This document shows, one piece after another, positions 1 through 9,313 of a DNA stretch of 63,707 nucleotides (its first letter is position 1; every line of letters begins with the position of its first letter). Under the pieces are notes generated by a model. That model saw nothing but the letters and a program-made list of their open reading frames with translations, ran no database searches and was not told the origin of the DNA. A program made the position numbers and the translations under genes. The stretch lies in contig WQYD01000005.1 of the NCBI GenBank assembly GCA_009781445.1, positions 1 through 63,707 on the forward strand. The letters run 5' to 3'. Origin of the DNA: Bacillota bacterium (GTDB lineage Bacteria; Bacillota; Clostridia; Christensenellales; DTU072).

Positions 1-11
1 AAAATTTGCAT

Positions 12-335
12 TCACTTGCCCCACGGGGCAAATATCACTGCTTGCCAACGGCAAGCAATCTCACTCTGAAAGAATTTCACTTTTCCGCAGGAAAAATTTC
101 ACTAAATAGGATAAATCCCCAAGAACCCCAAAGGGGTGAAATGTGCATAACTCCGTGCAAGCGCAAGCGTAGCGCGGGGTAAGGCGAAGAAACGCGGATA
201 GTAACAACAACACAAAGCCCCCCTTTCTGCCGTTGGCAGAAAGGGGGGCTTGTTTGTGCGGGCTTGCTTACTGTACTGTCGCTTTGCCGTGGGTTGCACC
301 CACGGTTATGCAAATCCTGCCCACTTCGGGGCAGT
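12..335. repeat. Cluster of REP-like short GC-rich hairpins
   Basis: Serial hairpins (TTGCCCC-AC-GGGGCAA, GCTTGCC-AAC-GGCAAGC, TTTTCC-GCA-GGAAAA) separated by (A/T)TCACT, plus CCGTGGGT-TGC-ACCCACGG. A related array lies at 41868-41972 in the opposite orientation. Confidence 0.6.
215..251 (-). terminator. 17-bp perfect hairpin, probable terminator of the glycogen genes (or a REP-type palindrome)
   Basis: AAGCCCCCCTTTCTGCC-GTT-GGCAGAAAGGGGGGCTT, followed on the minus strand by a T/G-rich tail, downstream of the GH13 gene. Confidence 0.5.
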
Positions 336-339
336 TACG

Positions 340-485
340 GATTCATAATTCGTACTTCGTACCTTGTACTTCGTACTTAAAATTCTAATCCCTAATCCCT
401 TTTCCCTAATCCCTCATTTTCGGGGCAGATGTAATTCTTGCTTAAATAAATAATTCCGCAATTCTGAATTCTGAATTCTGAATTC
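340..485. repeat. Heptamer tandem-repeat cassette (TTCGTAC, CCCTAAT, AATTCTG)
   Basis: Directly visible 7-nt tandem units. The same modules recur at 25894, 40391 and 42690. Confidence 0.85.
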
Positions 486-2273
486 TTAATTAGTTTTAAA
501 AACTATCGCTTGCTTTGGCTGTAAAATTGTAATTTTTTGATTCGTTAAAATATCACTCACTTCCCCGCACAAATCCACAGGGGCTTCGCTTGCGTTTACA
601 ATGGCGGTGAGGTTACCGATTTTTATTGCCACGGCAGAACCAAGCTGAGTAACTGAGAAGGGCTTTTTAAATTCTTCCCTATATTCTTTTCTTATTGCCC
701 CAAGCCTTGTGTAATGCGATAGCAGTTCCTTATCCGTGTTCCTCGGGAAGGGACGGCGGTTAATAGGATCTTCGTAGCCTTGCAAGCCCACTTCGTCACC
801 GTAATATACGGTGGGAATCCCTGGTAACATATATTGCAAAACGGACGCAAGTTTTAAAAGCGTTTTGCCTTTATTGTATTCGCTATCGGTTAGGCGGTAA
901 TTAAGCCTCTCTTTTTTAGTGGGCGGGGGGGTTTTCCCTGATAATTCGTTAATTATCCTCACCGTGTCGTGCGTGCCGATAATGTTCATGCACAAATCAA
1001 GAGATTCGCGCGGATAGTTTTCCGCAATACTCATTACCTCATTCACGAATTTTTTGGGGTTAACCTGCCTTATATAATCAAGGATAGAGGCCTTGAAAAC
1101 ATAATTCATAACGCCGTCAAGTTCTTCACCGAAAAAATATTCGCGTTCTTCTGAATAGCTATATTTCGTGCTGGCGTCTTCCCAAACTTCGCCGATTAAA
1201 GCAAGATCACCGAACGATTTTACTTTAGCACGAATCTTTTTCACAAAATCAGGGCTGATTTCGTCTACAACATCTAACCGCCAACCTTTTACGCCGAGGC
1301 GCGAAAACTTTTCAATAACGCCGTTATCCCCTGCAATAAAATTCTGATAGCTTATGGCGTCCCGCCTGATTTCAGGCACAACCGTGATTCCCCACCAACA
1401 TGAGTAAGTATCTGGATAGTTTTGAAAGGAATACCAATCGTAATAAGGGGAATGCTTTGATTGGCAAGCCCCCTCGCTATCATAGTGTTTAAACTTGTTA
1501 AAATAAAGGCTGTCTGCACCTGTGTGGTTAAACACACCGTCCATTATTATGCCTATTCCGTTGCTATGGCAACAATCTATGAGGTTTTTTAGTTCTTCTT
1601 CCGTTCCAAACAGTTCGTCTACTTTCATATAGTTTCCTATATCGTAGCGGTGGTTAGAGGTGGCTTCGTGAATAGGGCAGAAATAAATTGCGGTAACCCC
1701 TAAATCCTTTAAATAAGGTATTTTTTCTTTAACACCCTTAATATTTCCGCCAAAAAAGTCATTTGCCCTAAAAACGCCGTCCCCGTCCACAATTGTTACA
1801 TCGTCATGCCAATCCTTAAGATAACCGCGCGCAGGGCTTTTTGCGTCCGCAACTCTATTAAACCTATCGGGGAAAATTTGATAAATCACCCCGCCTTTAA
1901 GCCAATCGGGGGTTTGATAGCCAGTTTTGTACACAGTTAACTGCCATTCGCTTAAAAAATGCTTAAGCATTGCCTTGCCGTCACCGTTATGCCCCGCAAT
2001 TTGCATTCCGTTTTGAGTATGAAGTTCAAAGCGGTAAAAGTACGCACCTGAATCTTCCAAGCAAAACGAGGTTTTGAAGTAAACAAAATCTAAGTCGCGC
2101 TTATATTCATATAATTCAAGCCTAAATTCATGCTTTCCTCTAAAAAGCATAAAAACCTTTTCCGCGCCCACAATATGAGGCACAGGAAAATTGATCTTAA
2201 CCATGGTTGAAGTATCCGTTGCGCCGAACGGTGATTTAAAATTGATATTTCGTGAATCAAAGGGAAGCAACAT
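486..2273 (-). CDS. GH13 neopullulanase/amylopullulanase-type glycogen-degrading enzyme
   Basis: IYQIFPDRF, DGVFNHTG, GWRLDVVDE, IGEVWEDAS and THDT GH13 motifs; 595 aa. Confidence 0.9.
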   Translation of the reverse strand: MLLPFDSRNINFKSPFGATDTSTMVKINFPVPHIVGAEKVFMLFRGKHEFRLELYEYKRDLDFVYFKTSFCLEDSGAYFYRFELHTQNGMQIAGHNGDGKAMLKHFLSEWQLTVYKTGYQTPDWLKGGVIYQIFPDRFNRVADAKSPARGYLKDWHDDVTIVDGDGVFRANDFFGGNIKGVKEKIPYLKDLGVTAIYFCPIHEATSNHRYDIGNYMKVDELFGTEEELKNLIDCCHSNGIGIIMDGVFNHTGADSLYFNKFKHYDSEGACQSKHSPYYDWYSFQNYPDTYSCWWGITVVPEIRRDAISYQNFIAGDNGVIEKFSRLGVKGWRLDVVDEISPDFVKKIRAKVKSFGDLALIGEVWEDASTKYSYSEEREYFFGEELDGVMNYVFKASILDYIRQVNPKKFVNEVMSIAENYPRESLDLCMNIIGTHDTVRIINELSGKTPPPTKKERLNYRLTDSEYNKGKTLLKLASVLQYMLPGIPTVYYGDEVGLQGYEDPINRRPFPRNTDKELLSHYTRLGAIRKEYREEFKKPFSVTQLGSAVAIKIGNLTAIVNASEAPVDLCGEVSDILTNQKITILQPKQAIVFKTN

Positions 2274-2289
2274 TTATAAAACTAACCTA

Positions 2290-4701
2290 TTATTTGAGGG
2301 GTTTTAAAGCCCAAATCCTGTTAGCATATTCCGTAACGCTTCTATCCGCTGAGAAAAAGCCTGATTTCGCCGTGTTCACAAGGCACATTCTAAAGAACCT
2401 TTGCTTATCCTTATAGGCTTCGTCTACCCTTGCTTGCGCATCGCAGTAGCTACTGAAGTCTGCAAGGCAAAGATAAGGATCTGCCTTTCCTGCGGTAACA
2501 AGGTAGTTAGAAATCTCTGCAAAAGAAACTTCGGCAATTCCGCTTTTTAGCTTATCAATTACCGCCTTAATTCTGCGATCACCCGAATAGTAATCCGAAG
2601 GGGAATAAGTGGCGTAAAGCCTTTCAACTTCGTCTGCAAGCAATCCGAAGATAAAAATGTTTTCGTCACCCACGCGTTCGTGGATTTCCACATTAGCACC
2701 GTCCATTGTGCCAATGGTAACCGCACCGTTTATCATGAATTTCATGTTACCAGTACCGCTTGCCTCTGTGCCTGCCACGCTGATTTGCTGAGATATATCA
2801 CTTGCAGGCATAATCAATTCCGCCAAAGAAACCCTGTAATTTTCAAGGAAAACCACTTTAAGTTTGCCCTTTAAGGATTTATCGTTATTAACCATTTCGC
2901 CTATCATATATATAAGCCTGATAATCAGCTTAGCCATGTAATAGGAACTTGCCGCTTTTGCGCCGAAAATAAACACCCTCGGAACGATATCAAGATCAGG
3001 ATTTTCCTTTAAGCGGTTATATAAATCAATAATTTGAAGTGCGTTCAATAATTGGCGTTTATATTCATGCAACCTTTTAACCTGAACATCAAAGATAGCA
3101 TCGGGATCCACGGATATTCCGTTAGACTTTTGGATATATTCCGCAAGCCTCTCTTTATTTTTACGGCGGATTTTATATAATTTTTCAAGCACGGTTCTGT
3201 TACCTTGAAATTCCAAAAGTTTTTCAAGTTCGCCTGCGTCTTTCTTAAATCCGTTTCCTATAAGTTCAGAAATTAAATCCGTTAGCAGGGGATTAGCTTC
3301 GCAAAGCCATCTGCGGTGCGTGATTCCGTTAGTAACATTAGTGAACTTTTTGGGATTCGCGCGGTAGGCGTCTGCAAAAACGGTGCTTTTTAAAATGTCG
3401 CTGTGAAGCGCGCTTACGCCGTTAACCGTGTGCGATGCCACAAGGCAAAGATTTGCCATTTTCACCTGCCCGTCTGCAAGCACGGAATTTTCGGAAATCT
3501 TATTCCAATCCCCCGGATATAAATTCCACAAATCTGCACAATGACGGCGGTTAATTTCGTTAGTAATCTGGAATATTCTTGGAAGAAGCGTTTCAAAAAG
3601 GTTTTGAGGCCATTTTTCAAGGGCTTCTTGCATAACTGTGTGGTTAGTGTAGCTAACTGTTTCGGTTACGATTTTCCAAGCATCGTCCCAATTATAATTA
3701 TAATCGTCCAAAAGAACGCGCATCAATTCGGGAATGCAAAGCGCAGGGTGGGTATCGTTTATGTGAATTGCCACCTTTTTAGAAAGATTTTCCACACTTT
3801 TATATTTTTTAAGGTGACGGCTGATAATATTTTGAATGCTTGCCGACACAAAGAAATATTGTTGCTTAAGCCTAAGCATCTTGCCTTCGTAATGATTATC
3901 CGCAGGATATAAAACTTTGGATATTGATTCCGCAAGGGCTTTTGCTTCCATTGCCTTTAAATATTCCCCGCGGGAAAAGAGTGCCATATCAAGTTCCACA
4001 GGCGCAGTGGCAGACCACAGGCGCAAAAAGTTTACGGCAGGGGTATCGTAACCGCTGATATACATATCGTAAGGCACGGCAATTATAGAAGTGTAATCCT
4101 TAAGTTCTGCTTTAAGCCTGCCGTCCTGCCATGTTTCTTCCACGCGTCCGCCAATCTTAACTTCATAGCTAACTTCTCTGCCGTCTTGCCAAATCGCGCC
4201 GTCAAGAAGCCACTTATCGGGCATTTCCATTTGCCAACCGTCCACGATTCTTTGCTTAAAAATACCGTAGTCGTATCTTATGCTAAATCCGCTTGCAGGA
4301 TATCCGCAAGAAGTCAAGCTATCAAGATACGCCGCCGCAAGCCTGCCGAGTCCGCCGTTGCCAAGCCCTGCATCGGGTTCAATTTCCATAAGTTCTTCAA
4401 TGTTAAACCCAAGCTGTTTCACAGCTTCAGTTGCCACATCAAGAATGCCGAGGTTATAAAGGTGGTTTTTTAAAGAACGCCCCAAAAGGAATTCCATAGA
4501 CATATAATAAACCTGCTTAGCATTTTTTGCCTTAACATCGTTTGAGTAAGCAAGCCGTTTTTGTGCCAAAATATCATTTGTTGCACGGCATAAAGCCTTG
4601 TACATGATATTGGGCGAGGTTTCTTCTGCTTTTGTGCCGTATAGCTTAATTAGCTTTCTTTCAATTTCGGCCTTAAAAGCCGTAACATTAAATTTGTTCA
4701 T
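2290..4701 (-). CDS. glgP: Glycogen/maltodextrin phosphorylase
   Basis: GLGNGGLGRLAA, INDTHP, KRLHEYKRQ and EASGTGNMK (PLP lysine) motifs; 803 aa. Confidence 0.97.
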   Translation of the reverse strand: MNKFNVTAFKAEIERKLIKLYGTKAEETSPNIMYKALCRATNDILAQKRLAYSNDVKAKNAKQVYYMSMEFLLGRSLKNHLYNLGILDVATEAVKQLGFNIEELMEIEPDAGLGNGGLGRLAAAYLDSLTSCGYPASGFSIRYDYGIFKQRIVDGWQMEMPDKWLLDGAIWQDGREVSYEVKIGGRVEETWQDGRLKAELKDYTSIIAVPYDMYISGYDTPAVNFLRLWSATAPVELDMALFSRGEYLKAMEAKALAESISKVLYPADNHYEGKMLRLKQQYFFVSASIQNIISRHLKKYKSVENLSKKVAIHINDTHPALCIPELMRVLLDDYNYNWDDAWKIVTETVSYTNHTVMQEALEKWPQNLFETLLPRIFQITNEINRRHCADLWNLYPGDWNKISENSVLADGQVKMANLCLVASHTVNGVSALHSDILKSTVFADAYRANPKKFTNVTNGITHRRWLCEANPLLTDLISELIGNGFKKDAGELEKLLEFQGNRTVLEKLYKIRRKNKERLAEYIQKSNGISVDPDAIFDVQVKRLHEYKRQLLNALQIIDLYNRLKENPDLDIVPRVFIFGAKAASSYYMAKLIIRLIYMIGEMVNNDKSLKGKLKVVFLENYRVSLAELIMPASDISQQISVAGTEASGTGNMKFMINGAVTIGTMDGANVEIHERVGDENIFIFGLLADEVERLYATYSPSDYYSGDRRIKAVIDKLKSGIAEVSFAEISNYLVTAGKADPYLCLADFSSYCDAQARVDEAYKDKQRFFRMCLVNTAKSGFFSADRSVTEYANRIWALKPLK

Positions 4702-4813
4702 CTGATTGCCGTTATCCCCTGAGTGATATGATATGATTTTTTAGTAATCTTTGTTTCAATTCCTAAAGACTTCTCTTTATTATTCTTAAATTAGGCGGTA
4801 GCGAAACAAAGAA

Positions 4814-6232
4814 TTATAGCGATTTATATAATTTGATATACTCTTTTGCAGACTTTGCCCAAGAAGAATCCGTGGCAAGCGCGTTATTTTGCACTGCGTC
4901 CCATTCTGCCTTGTTTGCATAAGTGGCAAGTGCGCGGTTAATTGCGTCAAGCATATCGTACGCATCGTAAGTTTTAAAGGTGAAGCCGTTACCCGTTTTA
5001 TCCGTTGGGTTAAATGGAATAACTGTGTCCTTAAGTCCGCCTGTTTCCCTTACCACTGGGATACCGCCGTAGCGCATGGATATTAGCTGAGTTAATCCGC
5101 AAGGTTCAAACTTAGAAGGCACAAGGAATAAATCCGCCGCGCCGTAAATCTTTGAAGCAAGTGCGCCCGAAAAGCCTATAACCGTGGCAAGTTTTGTGGG
5201 ATAGCGAAGCGCGAGTTCTTTAAGTTCATTTTCATATTTCCAATCCCCTGTGCCAAGAACCACGAATTGCACATCGGCACTCATGATTTCATGAATCACT
5301 TTAAGAATCAAATCCACACCTTTTTGGGGCGTAAGCCTTGAAACTATGGCAAGAAGAGGTTTATCTTGAACAGGTAAATTTAAAAGTTCTTGAAGTTCTT
5401 TCTTATTAAGTTTCTTTTTCGCACTTGCGGTTTTCGCTGTGTAATTTTGGAAAAGCGAAGTATCGCTTGCTGGGTTATAAACATCGGTGTCAATTCCGTT
5501 CACGATTCCCGAAAGTTTAAATTTGCGTGCATTCAAAATATCCTCAAGCCCGCAAGCATAGAAAGGATCAAGAATTTCGCCTGCGTAAGTGGGTGAAACT
5601 GTAACCACCAAGTTAGAGGCTTCAATTCCGCCTTTAAGCATATTGGCATCCTTTTTATATTCGCAAACGCTTGCAAATTCGTCAGGAATGCCGAACACAT
5701 TGCCTATGCAATATGCGTCCATTCTTCCTTGGAATTCAATATTATGTATTGAAAGCACGGTTTTCATGGTTTTATAGCCGTCTATAAGCCTGTAAAATGC
5801 GTTAAGCATAACGGGCGCAAGTGCGGTTTGCCAATCGTTGCAGTGCAGAACATCGGGGAAATAATTCATGAGAGGCATAAGTTCAAGAACCGCTTTTGAG
5901 AAAAACGCAAATCTTTCGCCGTCATCAAAGAATCCGTAAATACCTTTTCTTTTGAAATAATATTCATTATCCACGAAGTAAAACATTACACCGCCGAGTG
6001 TAAGCGAAAAAAGCCCAGCGTACTGATTGCGCCAACCAAGCGGAACACTCGCCGAACCCACAGAAACCATTTTTTCCTTAAATTCCTTGGGAATATCGTC
6101 ATATAAAGGCAGAATAACGCGGATATCCGCTTTTAGCTTCACAAGTTCTTTGGGAAGCGCGCCAGACACATCGGCAAGCCCGCCACTTTTAATAAACGGA
6201 ACAGCTTCGGAAGTTGCATATAATATTTTCAT
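4814..6232 (-). CDS. glgA: Glycogen synthase
   Basis: KSGGLADV, HCNDWQT and PSKFEPCGLTQ motifs. Confidence 0.97.
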   Translation of the reverse strand: MKILYATSEAVPFIKSGGLADVSGALPKELVKLKADIRVILPLYDDIPKEFKEKMVSVGSASVPLGWRNQYAGLFSLTLGGVMFYFVDNEYYFKRKGIYGFFDDGERFAFFSKAVLELMPLMNYFPDVLHCNDWQTALAPVMLNAFYRLIDGYKTMKTVLSIHNIEFQGRMDAYCIGNVFGIPDEFASVCEYKKDANMLKGGIEASNLVVTVSPTYAGEILDPFYACGLEDILNARKFKLSGIVNGIDTDVYNPASDTSLFQNYTAKTASAKKKLNKKELQELLNLPVQDKPLLAIVSRLTPQKGVDLILKVIHEIMSADVQFVVLGTGDWKYENELKELALRYPTKLATVIGFSGALASKIYGAADLFLVPSKFEPCGLTQLISMRYGGIPVVRETGGLKDTVIPFNPTDKTGNGFTFKTYDAYDMLDAINRALATYANKAEWDAVQNNALATDSSWAKSAKEYIKLYKSL

Positions 6233-6295
6233 AAATTAAACCTCTTGTTTACTTAATTGATAGCATTATAACACATATTATTTAAATAAGCACTA

Positions 6296-6522
6296 AATAT
6301 AACGCATAACGCTTAACGCATAACGCACAATGAAGGATTAATTCAGAATTAAGAATTCAGAATGCAGAATTATGGAATATTTTTCAGCGCACAACGCACA
6401 GCGCACAGCGCACAGTGAAGGAATGATTTATTAAGATATTTAGATTCCAACCCTGTTGCCTAATCAATAATGATATTTAGAATCCACCATTGTGCGCTGT
6501 GCATTGTGCGCTGTGCGCTGAA
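6296..6522. repeat. Heptamer-repeat cassette (TAACGCA, AATTCAG, GCGCACA and inverted TGTGCGC) with two GATATTTAGA(A/T)TCC cores
   Basis: Directly visible; the GCGCACA arms are inverted around the core motifs at 6435-6448 and 6466-6485. Confidence 0.85.
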
Positions 6523-6529
6523 AATCCCC

Positions 6530-6558
6530 TTGACACACTTGCGCTAACGAGTTATAAT
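6530..6558 (+). promoter_or_regulatory. Consensus sigma-A promoter of dinB
   Basis: TTGACA (6530-6535), 17-nt spacer, TATAAT (6553-6558). Confidence 0.85.
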
Positions 6559-6563
6559 AATAA

Positions 6564-6575
6564 AAACAAATGTTC
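6564..6575. promoter_or_regulatory. LexA (Firmicutes SOS/Cheo box)-like operator
   Basis: AAAC-AAAT-GTTC has one mismatch to GAAC-N4-GTTC and overlaps the predicted transcription start of a Y-family polymerase gene. Confidence 0.7.
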
Positions 6576-6577
6576 TC

Positions 6578-7822
6578 ATGGATAAAGTAATTCTTCATTC
6601 GGATTTAAATAATTTTTATGCAAGCGTTGAGTGCGCTTTGAATCCTGATTTAAGCGGGAAGCCTATTGCCGTGTGCGGGGATAAGGAACTTAGGCACGGA
6701 ATTGTGCTTGCAAAGAATCAGCTTGCAAAAAACTATGGGGTTAAGACGGGTGAAGTCATTTGGCAGGCAAAGCAAAAATGCGGTGATTTGGTAATTCTTA
6801 GTGCCAATTTTCCGCTTTATCTCAAATATTCAAGGCTTGTGAGGGGCATTTATGAAAGGTTTACGGATAAGGTGGAAAGTTTCGGGATAGACGAATGTTG
6901 GCTTGACACCACCGAAAGCACGCTTCTTTTCGGAAGCGGTGAGGAAATCGCGGATAAAATCCGCCAAGCGGTTAAAAGCGAATTAAACCTAACGGTTAGC
7001 GTGGGCGTGAGTTGGAACAAGGTGTTTGCCAAACTTGCAAGCGATATGAAAAAGCCCGATGCCACCACGGTTATATCAAGGGATAACTATAAAAGCACCG
7101 TTTTCAAGCTACCTGCGGAAAGCCTGCTTTTTGTGGGAAAGGCTACGAAAGAAAAACTTTATAGGTGCGGGCTTAGAACCGTGGGGGATATCGCAAATGC
7201 CGATATTCAATTTTTAAAAGAGATTTTGGGCAAGTGGGGGGAATATTTGAGCGATTTTGCTAACGGAAACGATATGTCCCCCGTAATGAAAAACGATCAA
7301 AGAAGTATAGTAAAATCCGTGGGAAACAGCACCACCCCCGCAAGAGATTTAAAAAATCTTGCCGATATTAAAATGATTGTTACCGTTTTATCCGAAAGCG
7401 TTTCCGCAAGGCTGAGAGAACAGGGGCTTAAAGGGCAGGTGGTTTCGGTGAGTGTTACTGATAATAATTTTTGCGACTGGGGCAAGCAAATCAAAATTTC
7501 CGAACCCACATTTAACTCAAAAGATATTTTGGCAGAGGCAATGGCACTAATCAAAAACCATTATCAAATTCTTCGCCCCGTAAGGCGCGTGGGGGTGGCG
7601 GTTTCAGATTTAACCCCTGCAAGCGAATCGTACCAAACTAACATTTTCTTAAGCGGTGAAACGCGCCAAAAGGCAGAAAATTTAGAACACGCGATAGATA
7701 ATCTAAAGCACAAATACGGCAACAAAACCCTAAATCGCGCCACCGTTATGGTTGATCCCGTCTTAACGGACTTAAACCCCAAAGACGAGAATACTATACA
7801 CCCCAACCCTTTCTTGAAGTGA
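6578..7822 (+). CDS. dinB: DNA polymerase IV (Y family)
   Basis: HSDLNNFYASVE, SFGIDECWLD, AKLASDMKKPD motifs and a little-finger domain. Confidence 0.93.
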   Translation: MDKVILHSDLNNFYASVECALNPDLSGKPIAVCGDKELRHGIVLAKNQLAKNYGVKTGEVIWQAKQKCGDLVILSANFPLYLKYSRLVRGIYERFTDKVESFGIDECWLDTTESTLLFGSGEEIADKIRQAVKSELNLTVSVGVSWNKVFAKLASDMKKPDATTVISRDNYKSTVFKLPAESLLFVGKATKEKLYRCGLRTVGDIANADIQFLKEILGKWGEYLSDFANGNDMSPVMKNDQRSIVKSVGNSTTPARDLKNLADIKMIVTVLSESVSARLREQGLKGQVVSVSVTDNNFCDWGKQIKISEPTFNSKDILAEAMALIKNHYQILRPVRRVGVAVSDLTPASESYQTNIFLSGETRQKAENLEHAIDNLKHKYGNKTLNRATVMVDPVLTDLNPKDENTIHPNPFLK

Positions 7823-7827
7823 AAACA

Positions 7828-7951
7828 GGCTGTTGATAAAGCCCGTGATAGGCATAAAAAGCGGAACTTTACGCTTAGTCATGTACGCCTAAGTACATTC
7901 CTGCGCCTAAAAACCACGCTTTTTTGCCTCTGACAGGCTTTCTGAACAGCC
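7828..7951. repeat. Long imperfect palindrome, MITE-like
   Basis: GGCTGTT...AACAGCC ends, internal pairing, apical ATGTAC-N6-GTACAT. Confidence 0.55.
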
Positions 7952-8044
7952 CGTCAGTGCGTTTTTCGGCAATGAGGCTTAGGCAGTATAAATCCGTGCA
8001 AGATTTAAATTATTATGATAAAATAATTGTAGGAGAAATTGATT

Positions 8045-8593
8045 ATGAAAATTGTTATCGCATCGGATTTGCATGGTTCATTGTATTATGCAAATATGCT
8101 TTTTGAAAGGTTTTTTGCAGAGGGGGCAGAGGAAATTATTTTGCTTGGGGATTTATATTACCACGGGCCGAGGAATCCGCTTGAAAAGGAATATGACTGC
8201 ATGGCTGTTGCAAATCTTTTAAATTCCCACAAGGATAAACTTACCGTAATCAAGGGAAACTGTGACGCAGAGATAGACGAAATGATTTCAGAATTTCCGC
8301 TTTTAGGTGCTAAAACAGTGCGTTTTGGTAACCTAAAGCTAACATTATCTCACGGGCATATTTATAACAAAGATAACCTTCCTAAAGAAGTGGGCGACAT
8401 ATTTTTATTCGGGCATTTCCACACAGGCTTCATAGAAAAGCATGAAAACCTAATTATCGCCAACCCCGGTTCAACCACCCTTCCGCGCGGTGGCACACCA
8501 AGAAGCTACCTTGTGCTAACGGATAATGAGTTGACGCTTAAGAATCTTGAAACAGGGGAAATTATTTGTTCGCAATGCCTTGCGAACAAATAG
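8045..8593 (+). CDS. yfcE: YfcE/MJ0936-family metallophosphoesterase
   Basis: SDLHG, LGDLYYHGPRN, GNCD, HGH, GHFH and NPGS motifs. AGGAG RBS upstream; start is 8039 or 8045. Confidence 0.88.
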   Translation: MKIVIASDLHGSLYYANMLFERFFAEGAEEIILLGDLYYHGPRNPLEKEYDCMAVANLLNSHKDKLTVIKGNCDAEIDEMISEFPLLGAKTVRFGNLKLTLSHGHIYNKDNLPKEVGDIFLFGHFHTGFIEKHENLIIANPGSTTLPRGGTPRSYLVLTDNELTLKNLETGEIICSQCLANK

Positions 8594-8720
8594 CGCACAG
8601 CGCACAGCGCACAATGATAGATTCTAAATATCATTATTAGTTAATTAATCCACAATTCGTACTTCGTACCTAAATTATTAATTCCACCATTGTGCGCTGT
8701 GCATTGTGCGCTGTGCGCTA
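8592..8720. repeat. Heptamer-repeat cassette with reverse core motif at 8620-8640
   Basis: GCGCACA x3 ... GATTCTAAATATCATTATTAG ... TTCGTAC x2 ... TGTGCGC inverted arm. Confidence 0.85.
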
Positions 8721-8737
8721 TTCGATAATGCCCCGCA

Positions 8738-8959
8738 TTACCAAATCCTATTCTTCCACCTAAACTTATGCGAAGTACAGCACATTGGAATGTGTTCGGG
8801 AAAGGGCGGAGGAAAGGGAGGGGGGAAAGGCGGAGGAAAGCCACAGCAACCAATGCCACAGCGTTTTCCAAGTTCTTTGCCGAACCCCTCAAAAAAGCAC
8901 TCAACACCCCTTCGCACTGCGTGGTGGCAATGCGGTGGCGGGCAAGGAATCTTTTCCAT
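8738..8959 (-). CDS. Small Cys/Pro-rich protein (FPPP repeats), possibly spore coat-like
   Basis: 73 aa, GGGGGTG RBS upstream, directly downstream of the 8979-9110 ORF. Confidence 0.65.
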   Translation of the reverse strand: MEKIPCPPPHCHHAVRRGVECFFEGFGKELGKRCGIGCCGFPPPFPPPFPPPFPEHIPMCCTSHKFRWKNRIW

Positions 8960-8978
8960 ATCGCACCCCCTAACTTAG

Positions 8979-9110
8979 CTAAATAGAACCACAGCGTCCG
9001 CAGAACCTATCTTCGCAACAGCGTTTTTTCTCACAGCATCTTTTTTCGCAACCGCACTTTCTTGAACCGCAACCGCAAAAACCCAAACCAAGCAAAAACA
9101 ATAAAAACAT
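8979..9110 (-). CDS. 43-aa Cys-rich peptide MFLLFLLGLGFCGCGSRKCGCEKRCCEKKRCCEDRFCGRCGSI (not in ORF track)
   Basis: Translated by hand. Strong GAGGTG RBS just upstream, 10 Cys, hydrophobic N-terminus. Confidence 0.7.
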   Translation of the reverse strand: MFLLFLLGLGFCGCGSRKCGCEKRCCEKKRCCEDRFCGRCGSI

Positions 9111-9313
9111 AATTCACCTCTTTCGTCTTATTCGTGTGTTTACCACACACTCAATCATATTCGTTTTTTCTCATTTTTGTGAACTTGGATAATTTTCCCA
9201 AATATAGCTTGCTTTACCTGCGCGCGTGGTATATACTTGTGTTAAAAGCACACGCTATATATACGCTTGCGTGAAGTCTTGGAAGATTACCCAGCCGTTT
9301 ATTTAGGAAAAGA

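Noticed and set aside
77-313. Two short minus-strand ORFs at the window start
   Set aside because: They lie entirely within REP-like palindromic DNA and have no protein-like features.
6296-6522. CRISPR array (also considered for other heptamer cassettes and 41868-41972)
   Set aside because: No constant 23-47-nt repeats with unique, equal-length spacers, and no cas genes in the window.
8641-8986. Overlapping ORFs 8641-8907(-), 8706-8978(+), 8768-8986(+), 8785-8973(+)
   Set aside because: They lack RBSs and are alternative frames of the RBS-supported 8738-8959 minus-strand gene or run into repeat DNA.
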